DNA from: a virus
Direction: 5' to 3' (one strand)
IMG/VR virus record: IMGVR_UViG_3300042445_001340
Coordinates: 4,668-68,667 of that record
Length of the DNA stretch: 64,000 nucleotides
In this document: positions 27,699 through 38,284 of the stretch, piece after piece
How the letters are laid out: each line of letters opens with the position of its first letter
Numbering within the stretch: the stretch's first letter is position 1
Translations under genes and position numbers: made by a program
Notes under the pieces: generated by a model
What the model was told of the DNA's origin: nothing
Database searches by the model: none
The model's input: the letters and a program-made list of their open reading frames with translations, nothing else

Positions 27699-28340
27699 TT
27701 AACCTAGTTCTTTAACAGCTTCTTGTGCAGAATCATCTGCACTTTCACTATCTTCTGCGTTAGTAGTAATTTTTTCTAGCAGGGCTAGTACTTCTGCTTC
27801 TGTTGGGCGTTGGTACTTTTCATCAATTGATTTTGCTTCGGCAGCAACTTGACGCTCGGCATCTGTTAGTTTACGTGGCTTGCAGCGCAGCACTGAAAGA
27901 TCATAGCTAATGTTAAAAGCCAATGGGCCTGTTTTTGTGCGTTTGAACACAACATCCCAGCCAGTATCAGGATCGGTAGGATCGCCTAAATCTTCGGCTG
28001 CTGATACAATTTGTTCAAACAGTTTCTTTTTCAAGTTCAGGGCTTTTACTTTGCCGTCTTTTGGGTCGATACAGTTAACTGTATAACTCCATGAGCACTT
28101 CAAGTCTGGAAAGTATTGGGGGACGTGATCTTTTTCGATGTTATCGAATTTCTCCTTGTCGCGACTAAAGGCCAAACACTCAACTGGAATGTCTTTGTTG
28201 TTTGCACCTTTAAGCCAGTAGATGTAGCGGGGTAGTACACCACCAATTAGGCGAACAGTATTTTCGCCATCTTTGTACTCAAAAGCCTCGACTTTGTTGG
28301 AGATTGCTTTGCCTTTGGTGTTTTTAAATGAAATTGCCAT
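27699..28340 (-). CDS. D11: Single-stranded DNA-binding protein (T5 D11-like)
   Basis: RYIYW...PVECLAF...LKKKLFEQI...LGDPTDPDTGWD; acidic tail. Confidence 0.85.
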   Translation of the reverse strand: MAISFKNTKGKAISNKVEAFEYKDGENTVRLIGGVLPRYIYWLKGANNKDIPVECLAFSRDKEKFDNIEKDHVPQYFPDLKCSWSYTVNCIDPKDGKVKALNLKKKLFEQIVSAAEDLGDPTDPDTGWDVVFKRTKTGPLAFNISYDLSVLRCKPRKLTDAERQVAAEAKSIDEKYQRPTEAEVLALLEKITTNAEDSESADDSAQEAVKELG

Positions 28341-28343
28341 GTT

Positions 28344-28718
28344 TTAGTTCTCGTATTTGAAATATATTTTGTTTTGTTTTATGTAAAGCAGGGGATTTAA
28401 TGCAATTGTTTTTAAGTCTAGGTCTTTAAAATAACTCAGGTCTAAGTAAGTAACTTTGTACAGTTTGTATAAGCTATAGTCTCGCCTTCCTGCTAGTCGA
28501 ATATATTGTGCTTTAAAAGCTATATCCGTAGGGTCGTTGAAAAGTGAAGCGGCATCTAATAAAAAACTGTGTCCGACAAGGTTGCGGTAATTATTTGTGT
28601 CGCGATGGTTTTTCGGTATTAGTTTTTTGCTAAAGTGCCGTTCCAACATTAAAAGCATTAATTTAGGGTCACAGTTGGTTTCAGACTCCAGTAGTTCTAA
28701 GTTGAAGAATAGGGCCAT
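28344..28718 (-). CDS. Conserved T5-like hypothetical protein
   Basis: Position between D10 and D11; L.GHSFLL...YIRLAGRR.Y. Confidence 0.65.
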   Translation of the reverse strand: MALFFNLELLESETNCDPKLMLLMLERHFSKKLIPKNHRDTNNYRNLVGHSFLLDAASLFNDPTDIAFKAQYIRLAGRRDYSLYKLYKVTYLDLSYFKDLDLKTIALNPLLYIKQNKIYFKYEN

Positions 28719-28737
28719 AGTGTGTTGCTAAGAATAT

Positions 28738-28766
28738 ATTATATCATATTGACCAACGCTTGACAA
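28738..28766 (-). promoter_or_regulatory. sigma70-type promoter
   Basis: aaatttacac-TTGTCA-17-TATAAT. Confidence 0.8.
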
Positions 28767-28777
28767 GTGTAAATTTG

Positions 28778-30073
28778 TCATACCGTTACTACTTGCCAGC
28801 CTTTACGTAGATAAAGCGCAAGCCTGTCGTTGTTTTGTTTTTTATCTGCATAACCAGCAAAGTTAATGTCCACTACTAGTGGATTTAGTTTGCCATCGTG
28901 CATACGTTGTACACGCCCAACAATCTGTTCAAGCAATGAGTCGTTGCTCATAGGAGCCGCTAAGATAACGCAGGATAGACTGTTAATAGATATGCCTTCT
29001 GAGAAGATTTGCCGCGAACCGGCAATGGCTCGCTTTTCTCCGCTAAGGATTTGCTGCTTGACAAGCTGTCGTTCTTCGTATTCTGTGTCGCCTGTAACAA
29101 CCGTGCAATCTTCGCCAATGTATTCCTTTACTTTGTGTAGAAACTCTACTCTGTCTGCAATAACTAATACTGAATGGCCTGCTGAAATATGCATCTGGGC
29201 AAGTTCAGCAATAAACCACCTATACTTTTCTGATTCCAATAATTCACTAACTTTTTCAACCCAAGTTACGCCTGGCTTTAATGTAATTCCTGACTTAACA
29301 ATGTGCACTGTGGGTGTTAATGTATGCGATTGTGGCGGCTTATAGACCAGTGGCCCAAAATAGTCTGGAAATACAATGTGCTTGCCGTCTTTGCGAATCA
29401 TTGTGCCCGATAGGGCGATTCGGTAACGTGCATGGAAAGCGTCCACTGTTTGTGCAAATGTAGTGGCAGGACAGTGGTGCGCTTCGTCCAAGATAATACA
29501 CCCAAACTCCTTAGCCAAATCACCAGCATGCTTAGCAAGGGTTTGTATGTTGGCGACCGTGATAAAGTGGTCGGCGTGGTCAATTCGTCCACCACCAATA
29601 ACGCCGGGCTGCGTCCCAAATAAGACGGCAATTTCTTCACACCACTGGTCTCGTAGGGCCGCGGTGTGGGTGATAACAAGAGTTTTTTGTCCAAACTTGT
29701 GTGCAAGGTGTAAGGCTGTAAAAGTCTTTCCCCATCCCACAAGGGCATTGATAAAGCAGGTGTCGTCGATTGGGTCATAAACCACTTGTTGCTCGGGTCG
29801 TAGAGGATATTTAGGCGTTGGGAATGGTACTTCCTCAAGCACTCGTTTATCAATGATTTCATAATCTTCCGGCACAAGGTCTAAGCGGCCTTGTGGTATT
29901 GATAGTATACCTTTGGGCAGTACTTTGTAGTTTTTAATAGTTTCTATGGGACTAAACTTTTTAGCGCCAGTGTCTTTTTTGATTTTGTAAGTAAGTGCAC
30001 TAATAATCTTTTTGGTATGTTCTACACCAGGATTATCCATGTAAATACGGTTTGATATTACTGCTTTAGGCAC
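28778..30073 (-). CDS. D10: SF2 DEAH helicase (T5 D10)
   Basis: GWGKT, DEAHH, SGT, QIVGRVQR; likely GTG start. Confidence 0.9.
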   Translation of the reverse strand: MPKAVISNRIYMDNPGVEHTKKIISALTYKIKKDTGAKKFSPIETIKNYKVLPKGILSIPQGRLDLVPEDYEIIDKRVLEEVPFPTPKYPLRPEQQVVYDPIDDTCFINALVGWGKTFTALHLAHKFGQKTLVITHTAALRDQWCEEIAVLFGTQPGVIGGGRIDHADHFITVANIQTLAKHAGDLAKEFGCIILDEAHHCPATTFAQTVDAFHARYRIALSGTMIRKDGKHIVFPDYFGPLVYKPPQSHTLTPTVHIVKSGITLKPGVTWVEKVSELLESEKYRWFIAELAQMHISAGHSVLVIADRVEFLHKVKEYIGEDCTVVTGDTEYEERQLVKQQILSGEKRAIAGSRQIFSEGISINSLSCVILAAPMSNDSLLEQIVGRVQRMHDGKLNPLVVDINFAGYADKKQNNDRLALYLRKGWQVVTV

Positions 30074-30603
30074 TAGACCATTCTCCAACTATCTGGCTCC
30101 AGTTTTTCACAAAAGCCATAAAAAATAAAACCCATGCCGTGTTGTAAGACTCTGGCGTAGCTTTCAAACTCACCTGGGTGTCGCATACATTTAAAACGGC
30201 TGCTAATGCCCACAAGTTCAACCACACACCCTAGACCACTCGCAGGTAAAACTTGTTTGATCTTGCGTGTTGTCAGTTTGGCGCGTATGCTTTTTCTGTA
30301 CTGAAATACGTGTCCACTACTATCCACAAACCAAGTTTTTGATTTTGCAAGTTTAACCAAGTCTGCTAAAAAGTAAACCGCAGTGCGAATTGCAAAAAGC
30401 TTTTCGCCCTGCGATTTTAGGTGTAGTCTGCGTAAGCCTAGTGTTGCACCAGGCACAGTTTTATCGTCTATTACTTTAAAGCTTACAGCACTGGTATTTA
30501 GTTCATCAACATAGTTGACTAGATAGTATGTTACACCATCACGCTGCTGCGGCTCACGCTCACCCAGCTTGAACACGGGCCAAGTTATCTCCTGTAAATT
30601 CAT
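30073..30603 (-). CDS. Conserved T5-like protein between pol and D10
   Basis: WPVFKL...IDDKTVPGATLGLRRL...FVDSSG...WRMV. Confidence 0.7.
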   Translation of the reverse strand: MNLQEITWPVFKLGEREPQQRDGVTYYLVNYVDELNTSAVSFKVIDDKTVPGATLGLRRLHLKSQGEKLFAIRTAVYFLADLVKLAKSKTWFVDSSGHVFQYRKSIRAKLTTRKIKQVLPASGLGCVVELVGISSRFKCMRHPGEFESYARVLQHGMGFIFYGFCEKLEPDSWRMV

Positions 30604-32848
30604 AGAATTTTTCCCAGTCTCCAAAACTGTAGTCGTCGCCTACATCTTGGTCAACGCCAATTGGTGTGTTGACTATCTCACAGCCCCATTCATGTTGAGT
30701 ATTACGCTTTAGGATCTCGCAGTATTGCACCACATCTTCGTCCTTTACCAGCGCAACAATCGAGTCATGAACAAGCATAAAGATTTTAGCGTCTAGATTC
30801 TTTGCAGAAATTTCGGTTGCTGTTCGCATAGCTCCAAGTAAGTTAACATCACTGGCAAGACTTTGCACTTCTGCGTTGATTCCACTACGGACTTCGTGAG
30901 CTGCAATGCCTTTATCTGCGCTAAACACATTAGGTAATCTGCGTTTCCGACCAAAGAATGAGTATGTGTAACCATTTTGTTGAATAAAGTTTTTACGATC
31001 TTCAAGCCAACGCTTTAGCTTTGAAAATTTAGTAAAGTATTGTTTAATATCATCACGAGCTTGCTCAACTGGATAGCTTTCGCCTGTGGCTTTTGATACT
31101 GTCTGAGAAACTTTATTAGCACCAGAACCGTACAAAATACCAAATGAAATAGCTTTAGCACTTTGACGCATTGAGCCATATAACCGTTTAACATCACCAA
31201 CTGCACAAGGCAGTGAAAACACCATTTTAGCAATTGTTGAGTGAAAGTCGCCGCCGCTGGAAAATACTTCTTGCAGGTTTTTGTCGCCACTCAACACAGC
31301 CGCATAATACATTTCGGCTGTGGTCAAATCTTGCGATACAATCTTATATCCTGTTGGAGCTTTGATACAACCTTTGATAATAGGATTGTCCCGAGGAATT
31401 TGCTGAGCATTGAACTTGCCACTACTACTAAGACGACCGCTAGTAGTAAAGATAAGATTAAAATTCGTACGAATACGACCATCGCGGTCAATTTCTGGTA
31501 AAATCTTTGAAATATATGTGTTTTGAATCTTGCCAAGCTGACGTACCTTTAAAATCGCCGCTGGCAATGCATGCTCTTCGGACAACTCACCGAGCACTTC
31601 TGCATCAGTGGAGACGGCTCCGGTAGCAGTCTTTTTACCAGTAGGATTGAGTCCCAAATAATCAAATAACACAACACGAAGCTGCATAACTGAGTTAGGG
31701 TTAAATATTTTTCCGGAATCTTTTTCATATTGTTTTACTGCATCAAAGCTGTAAACAACTTTTTTGGCTTCTTCAATTTCATAGTCCAAGTACTTTTCCG
31801 CAGCAGCCATACGTGTAGTACTCATAGGAATACCAACTTCTTCCATGTCCATTAAGAATAGCGTACCAGGAATTAAGATTTCTTCATATACCTTGAGCAA
31901 TTTAGCATTTTGCTGAACAATAGGCCAGAACTTGTGGAAAAGGTCGTATGTAACGGCCGTATCAATAGAAGCGTAACGACTAATAGTATTAAACGGAATA
32001 AGGTCATAAGTAAAATCATCTTGTAACAAGCCGTTAGCAGCACAGTATGCTTTCTTGAAATCATCTAGCTCTGAATCGTAATCACCATAGTTGGTGTACT
32101 TTAGGGCCAGGGGTTTTAGTCCATGCGAATCAGTTTCATCTAGCACATAATGCATAACCATTGTATCGTGAACACGATTACGTGGAAAGTCAATATCAAG
32201 GTGATACTTAATCATCTTGAAGTCAAACTTCATATTGTGAAATACACTATAGAAATCTTTGGCAATTTTACGCAGTAGGTCTAAGCAAACGTCATCAAGA
32301 CAATCTGTTAGAATATACCTGCCATGCTGAGTTTTATAACTTAGTGACACGCCAAGCACATAACCATCTCGTGGATATAAACAAGTTGTTTCCGTGTCCC
32401 AAGCAACATAACCTTGAGCATTGTCTAGTACTTCACGTAAAAAGCGTTTAGCTTCGGCTGTGTCCTCAATTCCAGCAAAGTCGCCTTGGATATTGGGCTT
32501 TAGTTGACCATTGACGTATTTGTGAATACGATCTACTGCACGCTGAAAGTCAGGCTTACCTTCGGGTTTAAAACTTAGCATAGCTGGATTGCTGATAGCT
32601 ATGTACTTGTCATCTACTAATTGACCTGCCATGTTTGTTACACTAGTAATTTTAGCGTATTCCTTGGCAGCTTCTGAACCTACTAGTACAACAAAGTCAT
32701 ACTCACTCAAGTCAACTTCCAAGTCAACATCTTTTTTCAGGAGTTTAGTAATAGGAACTGAACTCATGTGATAATGATCGAATTCAAACTCAAAATAGTC
32801 CGAATACCGTGTACGGTTAGGTGCTTTATCAATAACTGCAATTTTCAT
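30560..32848 (-). CDS. pol: Family A DNA polymerase with 3'-5' exonuclease
   Basis: DTET, HNMKFD, YASID, TTSGRLSS, QDLTTAE, RQSAKAISFGILYG, VHDS. Confidence 0.95.
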   Translation of the reverse strand: MKIAVIDKAPNRTRYSDYFEFEFDHYHMSSVPITKLLKKDVDLEVDLSEYDFVVLVGSEAAKEYAKITSVTNMAGQLVDDKYIAISNPAMLSFKPEGKPDFQRAVDRIHKYVNGQLKPNIQGDFAGIEDTAEAKRFLREVLDNAQGYVAWDTETTCLYPRDGYVLGVSLSYKTQHGRYILTDCLDDVCLDLLRKIAKDFYSVFHNMKFDFKMIKYHLDIDFPRNRVHDTMVMHYVLDETDSHGLKPLALKYTNYGDYDSELDDFKKAYCAANGLLQDDFTYDLIPFNTISRYASIDTAVTYDLFHKFWPIVQQNAKLLKVYEEILIPGTLFLMDMEEVGIPMSTTRMAAAEKYLDYEIEEAKKVVYSFDAVKQYEKDSGKIFNPNSVMQLRVVLFDYLGLNPTGKKTATGAVSTDAEVLGELSEEHALPAAILKVRQLGKIQNTYISKILPEIDRDGRIRTNFNLIFTTSGRLSSSGKFNAQQIPRDNPIIKGCIKAPTGYKIVSQDLTTAEMYYAAVLSGDKNLQEVFSSGGDFHSTIAKMVFSLPCAVGDVKRLYGSMRQSAKAISFGILYGSGANKVSQTVSKATGESYPVEQARDDIKQYFTKFSKLKRWLEDRKNFIQQNGYTYSFFGRKRRLPNVFSADKGIAAHEVRSGINAEVQSLASDVNLLGAMRTATEISAKNLDAKIFMLVHDSIVALVKDEDVVQYCEILKRNTQHEWGCEIVNTPIGVDQDVGDDYSFGDWEKFYEFTGDNLARVQAG

Positions 32849-32870
32849 TTAATAATCCTTGTGATACTTT

Positions 32871-32899
32871 ATTATAGCGTATCTTGGCTAATATTTCAA
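32871..32899 (-). promoter_or_regulatory. sigma70-type promoter
   Basis: TTGAAA-17-TATAAT. Confidence 0.75.
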
Positions 32900-32901
32900 G
32901 T

Positions 32902-33756
32902 TCATTTATTTACATACTCGGCAATACTGCGAACGTTTTCGGCGTCTAAGTCGCCTGGGTCTGTGCCGTCTGGTAGGTCAACGATTTCAACAACGAAGCC
33001 CTCGGCTTCCAGTATTGGCTTAAGATCTTTTGCTGCCGATCTTCCCGCTTCATCCCCGTCAAAAAGCAAGTAGATGTGGGTAATGCCCTGGGCTCGGAAT
33101 GGTAGCAGTTTTTGTTTTGTGTCATTTTGAAGTGTTTTAGTACCAAAAGCGCATACTGCGTTTTTACAGCCGTTGTCGTATAGATTAAGCATATCAAACA
33201 TACCTTCTACTAGTACCATGCTTGAATAACCACTAGGCAGGTGTGCTGGGAACAGCGGCATAGTTACACCTTGTGGATAGTTAACATACCTAGGATTGCC
33301 CGCACTCATTGTGTGGCGACCAACAAACACCACTGTTTTTTGCGTAATATCACGGATTGGAAATACAATACGATCTTGTAGCTTTTCTACTTGATTGGTA
33401 TAAAAAGCACCAAAGTGTTTGAGTGTTAGTGGACTAATGCCACGAAATGTTTTAGTCCAAGGCGTGTATCCTTGTGGCAATTCTAGCTCACGTCCAAAAG
33501 ATTTTAGCACTGCTAGTTTTTCTTTTAGTGCCGCAATCTTCATGGGTACGGGGTTGGTAAAAACGCCGTAGTATTTAAAAAGATTGGTTTTAAACCCACA
33601 CGCAAAACAGTGTGCAACACCAGACACCCGGTCAACCCGAAAACTGGGGTTTGAGTCGGGATGTTCTGGGTTTAAACACTTGATTAAATAGTCACGACCG
33701 CTGGCTTGATAGCCTAGGCCATTCTTTTGAATTAGGTCTAGTACGGGATCACTCAT
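32902..33756 (-). CDS. DNA primase (Zn finger plus TOPRIM)
   Basis: CLNPEH...HCFAC, VEGMFD, FDGDEAG, DPGD. Confidence 0.92.
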   Translation of the reverse strand: MSDPVLDLIQKNGLGYQASGRDYLIKCLNPEHPDSNPSFRVDRVSGVAHCFACGFKTNLFKYYGVFTNPVPMKIAALKEKLAVLKSFGRELELPQGYTPWTKTFRGISPLTLKHFGAFYTNQVEKLQDRIVFPIRDITQKTVVFVGRHTMSAGNPRYVNYPQGVTMPLFPAHLPSGYSSMVLVEGMFDMLNLYDNGCKNAVCAFGTKTLQNDTKQKLLPFRAQGITHIYLLFDGDEAGRSAAKDLKPILEAEGFVVEIVDLPDGTDPGDLDAENVRSIAEYVNK

Positions 33757-33757
33757 A

Positions 33758-33961
33758 TTAGTCTCTTATTTTATACAAGTCTTTACAAGCTAGCCAACCA
33801 TTCTGAAAAGCCAATAATTGTGCATAAGATCCTGCTGGCATGGGTTTTCCAGGTACTATTCTATTGTAATATTTTAACCAGAAAACCTGACTAATCAGCG
33901 TTACGTCTTCTTCTCCAAGTATTTCTAGTATTTCATTTGATGTTAACATTATGCATTCCAA
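33758..33961 (-). CDS. Small hypothetical protein inserted between helicase and primase
   Basis: ORF fills the gap; AT-rich. Confidence 0.45.
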   Translation of the reverse strand: MECIMLTSNEILEILGEEDVTLISQVFWLKYYNRIVPGKPMPAGSYAQLLAFQNGWLACKDLYKIRD

Positions 33962-35337
33962 GGTAAATCAGCGCCGCTATCACTAACGGGTACTGTTTCT
34001 TCTTGGCCTTTCTTTACACGCTTAACCGCTTCTTTAGCAGCAGGCTTGTCCACACTCTGTGGCGAGATACGTAGTGTGTCCCAGTCAATTGGGCATGTAA
34101 ACGCCATTTCCTTACCGCCACGGATTTTAGTGGTTTCAAAAGAAATTGCATTGGTTTCTTTGTCATGAGCCTCCATTGTAAGGGCAATATCTGCGGCGTC
34201 CAAAATACCTTTGGCAAAACGCGCCTCTCCATCTTTGTCGATTTGATATGGACTAACCATGACAATCTCATACTTGCGCGCAAGATTTTTAAGTTTCTTA
34301 GAGACCTCAATCTGTGGTTTCCAGTCATATTGATCGTTTCCTTCTAAGACAATTTGGTTTAGATAGTCAACTACTACTAACTTTAATTTATCGCCAAACT
34401 TTGCTTTGGCTTTGCCAATATGCAGGTCGATGCTGCTTAGGGTCAAGTCACGGTCATCAACAATAATCATCTGATTATCTGCTTTTAATTGAAAATTTCG
34501 CACTAATGTTTCTTCAAACTTAAATCTATCACGATGACGCAAGAACTCGCTGATAGTTTCATCAGCGTTTTCGAACATACCGGCACGAGCTTTTACAACT
34601 GCTAAAACTTCGGTGTCAGTTAGTTTATGTTGTTTAAGATTTTGGTAATTAACATTGGCTAAAACAGCCAAGTTACGTTCCATTGTTTCTTTAGCAGTCA
34701 TTTCAATACTGAAATAAATGGAACTATTACCAGACTCATATTGATTAATAAAAAGATTGCTACAACTAATAGATTTGCCGGAGCCCCGTTTACCCCCAAT
34801 GAGAATGAGTTCTTGGCGAGCCACGCCACCAAGCACACTGTCAAAGCTATTATTAAGGCCAAGATAAACACGCTCTCGCTCCAAGTCTTCTGGGTGGCTA
34901 AACATCATCATGTCAGCCATTGTAAACACTTTTTCAGATGTGTGAGTCTTTTCTTCGATTGTTAGCGCAATTGTGGCTAAGTTTTCTTTTATTTCGTTTG
35001 TGTCGTAGAGTGGTAACTTGTCTACGAATTTATCTAATAATTTTACCGTTTCGTTTTGAGTATACTGGTCGATTAGTGCGTCCAGTGCTACTTCGGCCGA
35101 AACGTCTGGTACCTCGGTTAACCGGAGAGTCGCCAGTGTTTTAGACGCCGGACCCTCCCTTAAGGTTAGCTCAAGATCGTCAAATGACGGTATAGCGCTG
35201 TACTTCTCGTAGTACTTATTAACGACGCTATACAAGGAAGAGTACGCAGGGTCTAAGAATACTAACTTCAGCTTTGCCCAGATATCTAGGTTACGCTCAG
35301 TTAATAATTTGTTTAAGACTACTGCACTAGTATCCAA
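33949..35337 (-). CDS. DnaB-like replicative helicase (T5 D6-like)
   Basis: GGKRGSGKS, FSIEM, VVVDY, SPYQ, ARFAKGILDAAD. Confidence 0.9.
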   Translation of the reverse strand: MDTSAVVLNKLLTERNLDIWAKLKLVFLDPAYSSLYSVVNKYYEKYSAIPSFDDLELTLREGPASKTLATLRLTEVPDVSAEVALDALIDQYTQNETVKLLDKFVDKLPLYDTNEIKENLATIALTIEEKTHTSEKVFTMADMMMFSHPEDLERERVYLGLNNSFDSVLGGVARQELILIGGKRGSGKSISCSNLFINQYESGNSSIYFSIEMTAKETMERNLAVLANVNYQNLKQHKLTDTEVLAVVKARAGMFENADETISEFLRHRDRFKFEETLVRNFQLKADNQMIIVDDRDLTLSSIDLHIGKAKAKFGDKLKLVVVDYLNQIVLEGNDQYDWKPQIEVSKKLKNLARKYEIVMVSPYQIDKDGEARFAKGILDAADIALTMEAHDKETNAISFETTKIRGGKEMAFTCPIDWDTLRISPQSVDKPAAKEAVKRVKKGQEETVPVSDSGADLPWNA

Positions 35338-35338
35338 G

Positions 35339-35638
35339 TTACCCTACTTTCGATTCGTTGTCTATTAGAACTTGATCTACAATTTCAGTTACTTTGTACA
35401 TAATCTGTTCTCGTAGTTTTTTAATATCTTGTTGATATGTTGCGCCACTATCATACAGCAAACTCAATTGTTCGTGAGTAATTAACTGCTGTAAACCAAA
35501 ATATATGTGGTCGTAGGCCATAGTAGATTCTGGGGTAATATCTACTTGTGCAGCTTTTCCATAGTTGTGCACAGCCTGCTTAACGACTTCTTCCATCGTA
35601 AAAGACTCGTTGTCATGGTACGTAATAGTTACTTTCAT
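35339..35638 (-). CDS. Hypothetical protein
   Basis: 99-aa ORF; aggagg SD upstream. Confidence 0.6.
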   Translation of the reverse strand: MKVTITYHDNESFTMEEVVKQAVHNYGKAAQVDITPESTMAYDHIYFGLQQLITHEQLSLLYDSGATYQQDIKKLREQIMYKVTEIVDQVLIDNESKVG

Positions 35639-35658
35639 ACTATGAACCTCCTAAATAG

Positions 35659-35692
35659 AAAAAGCCCGAGAGCTTTATGGAACTCTCGGGCT
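35659..35692 (-). terminator. Terminator after D5
   Basis: agcccgagag...ctctcgggct followed by T5 on the minus strand. Confidence 0.75.
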
Positions 35693-35708
35693 GATAGATT
35701 AAGCCGAA

Positions 35709-36458
35709 TTAAGCAGCTGCTTTGGCTTCAGCTTTGGCTTTTTTAGCTGCGCCGTCGTAGTCAGCAACTTTGATACCACGACGAGTTAGCAATGTACGCA
35801 GACCACGTTCAGTTTTATCAACAGCTTGAGCAATTTCAGCAACAGTCATAGTGCTAATCTTGTTGCCAAGTGCTGTAACTTGGTCAACAGATTCTTTGGC
35901 ATGGGATTCTTTTTGTGCAGGAATCTTAGCAATCTGACCTTTACGTGTCAGGCTCAATGCTTTACCGCGAACTGAGGCAACAGTTTTGTTCAACTTAGCA
36001 GCAATTTCTTCGATATAGCTACCGGCATCAGCCATACGAATAAAAGTAACTTCTTCTGCTTCTGTGTAAGTACGGGCAACTTCAACTTTTTCTGCTGGCT
36101 TAACGCTGCCAGTCAACTCTAGGGCAAGTAGCTTACCTTGAATTTGTTTTGCAGTGAATTTGCCATCAGCAAAGTTTTCAGCGATTTCTTTGTAAGTTAA
36201 ATTACCTGCATTTGCTGTAACGAAATCGGCAAGATCAGCGCCTTCGTCAGCAGTAAAAGCACTGGTTTTTTCCTTAGCAAGACTTGCAACTTCACGGTCT
36301 AGTTGACGCAGCTTTGAGGCAATTGAACGAGTGGTTTTACCCAGTTGTTCAGCAGCACGCTCAACGCTATCAACGCTAACAGGGCTTTCGTTACCAACGA
36401 TGTTCATCAATTGGTCAACAGCTTCATCAGACCAGTTTTTAGTTGTTTTTTCAGTCAT
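35709..36458 (-). CDS. D5: T5 D5-like DNA-binding protein
   Basis: Repeated HTH-like units; KQIQGKLLALELT, SVRGKALSL, LTRRGI...DYDGAAK. Confidence 0.85.
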   Translation of the reverse strand: MTEKTTKNWSDEAVDQLMNIVGNESPVSVDSVERAAEQLGKTTRSIASKLRQLDREVASLAKEKTSAFTADEGADLADFVTANAGNLTYKEIAENFADGKFTAKQIQGKLLALELTGSVKPAEKVEVARTYTEAEEVTFIRMADAGSYIEEIAAKLNKTVASVRGKALSLTRKGQIAKIPAQKESHAKESVDQVTALGNKISTMTVAEIAQAVDKTERGLRTLLTRRGIKVADYDGAAKKAKAEAKAAA

Positions 36459-37218
36459 TTGTATTTTCTTTCAAGAAAGTATTTAGGTTTGTAATAATTT
36501 GGATGCCGAGTGATTCGGCTTTTTTGCGTTTTGTACTAGCTTTATCTTCTTCATCAACTAAAATATCAGTAGACTTCGTTACTGTTTCCGTAACTTTGAA
36601 GCCTGCCTCTTCTAGAGCTTTGTAGGCTTCTGATTTAGTTTTATAAGAAGATAATTTTCCAGTAATACAAACAGTCTTAGAATTATTATTACTGTTTGCC
36701 GTGGAATTTCTATTGGGCTTAAAAGAGAACGGCAAAAACTCTCTTAAGTCTGGGAAATCTGTTTCTAACCAAGTAATTAGGTTTTCGGTAACTTTATCAC
36801 CTAAACCTGCTTGTTTACACGTTTCGTATGTGATTTCGTCAATATGATTGATTACTTCACAAATTTTCTTAGAAGCGGTGTTACCTACAAGAGTAATCGA
36901 GAACGCTGCTAATACTGTGGCCAAATCCGCAGACTTGGCACGATTGATTTCATCAAGTAGTTTCTCAGCAGTTTTGGCACTGCCTAGAGCTTCTGTAACT
37001 GACTCAACGTCAAGATAAAATAACTCAGTTAAGTCTTGTAAATCAAGTTTTTCAACTGACCTAGGCCCCATGCCTTTGATACCCAGTGTCTTGCAAAAGT
37101 GTTCAACTTTTTTTGTAAGCTGAGCACTGCAAGCTGTGTTGCGACAAAACAATTGATCGTTGACCAATTCTAGTTTGTAGTTACAGCAGGGGCAGGTTGT
37201 TGGGATTTCAATTCTCAT
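36451..37218 (-). CDS. NAD-dependent DNA ligase, subunit B (Zn finger, HhH, BRCT)
   Basis: CPCC...FCRNTAC, IKGMG, VCITGKL, BRCT tail. Confidence 0.9.
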   Translation of the reverse strand: MRIEIPTTCPCCNYKLELVNDQLFCRNTACSAQLTKKVEHFCKTLGIKGMGPRSVEKLDLQDLTELFYLDVESVTEALGSAKTAEKLLDEINRAKSADLATVLAAFSITLVGNTASKKICEVINHIDEITYETCKQAGLGDKVTENLITWLETDFPDLREFLPFSFKPNRNSTANSNNNSKTVCITGKLSSYKTKSEAYKALEEAGFKVTETVTKSTDILVDEEDKASTKRKKAESLGIQIITNLNTFLKENTND

Positions 37219-37243
37219 GTTATTTTATCAATTTGTAGAGTAT

Positions 37244-37272
37244 ATTATATCTGATTGAGGACTCTGTGACAA
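37244..37272 (-). promoter_or_regulatory. sigma70-type promoter between the ligase halves
   Basis: aaatttacac-TTGTCA-17-TATAAT. Confidence 0.8.
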
Positions 37273-37289
37273 GTGTAAATTTTTACTGC

Positions 37290-38240
37290 TTAAGCATCAA
37301 CTTTATGTAAAATGCAAGGAATAATTTCTCCGGCCCTGATAACGGCAACTGTGTCACCAATTTGTAGATCTAGCATTTCAATAAAGCCTGGGTTATTGAG
37401 TGTGGCTCTGGATACAAGTGCATCACCGATGTATACAGGTTCAAGAATAGCAACAGGACTAACTTTGCCGGACTTGCCGACTTGCCACTCAACTGCAAGC
37501 AGTTGTGTTTCAACATGGGCTGCACGTTCTTTGCGGGCATATGCGCCACGAGGATGTTTTGCTGTGTAACCCAGTTCATAAAACTGCTGATTGTCGTTGA
37601 CACGAAACACTATACCATCACAAGGAAAGATTTTATCCAAATCTGGTTCATTGATTACACCAAAGCCTGCCAACTTAAGCAATCGCAGGTCTTCGTTGAA
37701 TGTATCCTGCAAGCTAGGCTGTACACCATATGCAAAGAAACTGAGTGCACGGGACTGAAACTCAGTCACATCTTTTAAGTTAAGAGCACCAGCAGCATAG
37801 TTACGGGCATTTTCAATGTTGATGGGAGCAACAATTTCGCCAGTTACTTGATACACGCCTTGAAAAGGCACTGTTTGTGGAACAATAGGATTGCCTAAAA
37901 ACTTGTCAGTTACAATTTGACCTTCTATACCATCCCCACGGGTAAGAACTCGAACAAGATTACCGTCAACATAAAGTAAGCTGAGAGCTGCCCCATCCAA
38001 CTTAATACTAGTAGCAATACCTCGAATACCTTGCAGAGGTTGGACGCCTTCATCTTCGTAGTACTTTTGTAGTGAGTACATCTGGTACAGATGACGCTCG
38101 GTTTTGGAATTTTGTTTAGCTCCCACGGTGTTGTAACCAACTGACGCAGCCAGTGCATCAAATTGTGCATCGGTGATAAATGGGCTACCTGCGTAGTATG
38201 CTTGTGAGGCTGAGTCTAAATATTGTGTTATTTTGTTCAT
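37290..38240 (-). CDS. NAD-dependent DNA ligase, subunit A (adenylation plus OB domain)
   Basis: MYSL, KLDG, TRGDG, GEI, RNYAAG, DGIVFR, RATLNN, RAGEIIP. Confidence 0.92.
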   Translation of the reverse strand: MNKITQYLDSASQAYYAGSPFITDAQFDALAASVGYNTVGAKQNSKTERHLYQMYSLQKYYEDEGVQPLQGIRGIATSIKLDGAALSLLYVDGNLVRVLTRGDGIEGQIVTDKFLGNPIVPQTVPFQGVYQVTGEIVAPINIENARNYAAGALNLKDVTEFQSRALSFFAYGVQPSLQDTFNEDLRLLKLAGFGVINEPDLDKIFPCDGIVFRVNDNQQFYELGYTAKHPRGAYARKERAAHVETQLLAVEWQVGKSGKVSPVAILEPVYIGDALVSRATLNNPGFIEMLDLQIGDTVAVIRAGEIIPCILHKVDA

Positions 38241-38247
38241 AGAATCA

Positions 38248-38276
38248 ATTATACCAGTTTAGGGTCACAAAGACAA
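38248..38276 (-). promoter_or_regulatory. sigma70-type promoter
   Basis: TTGTCT-17-TATAAT. Confidence 0.7.
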
Positions 38277-38284
38277 GTATAAAT

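Noticed and set aside
36451-38240. Split DNA ligase as a frameshift or pseudogene
   Set aside because: A two-gene NAD ligase is normal in T5-like phages, and each half has its own promoter.
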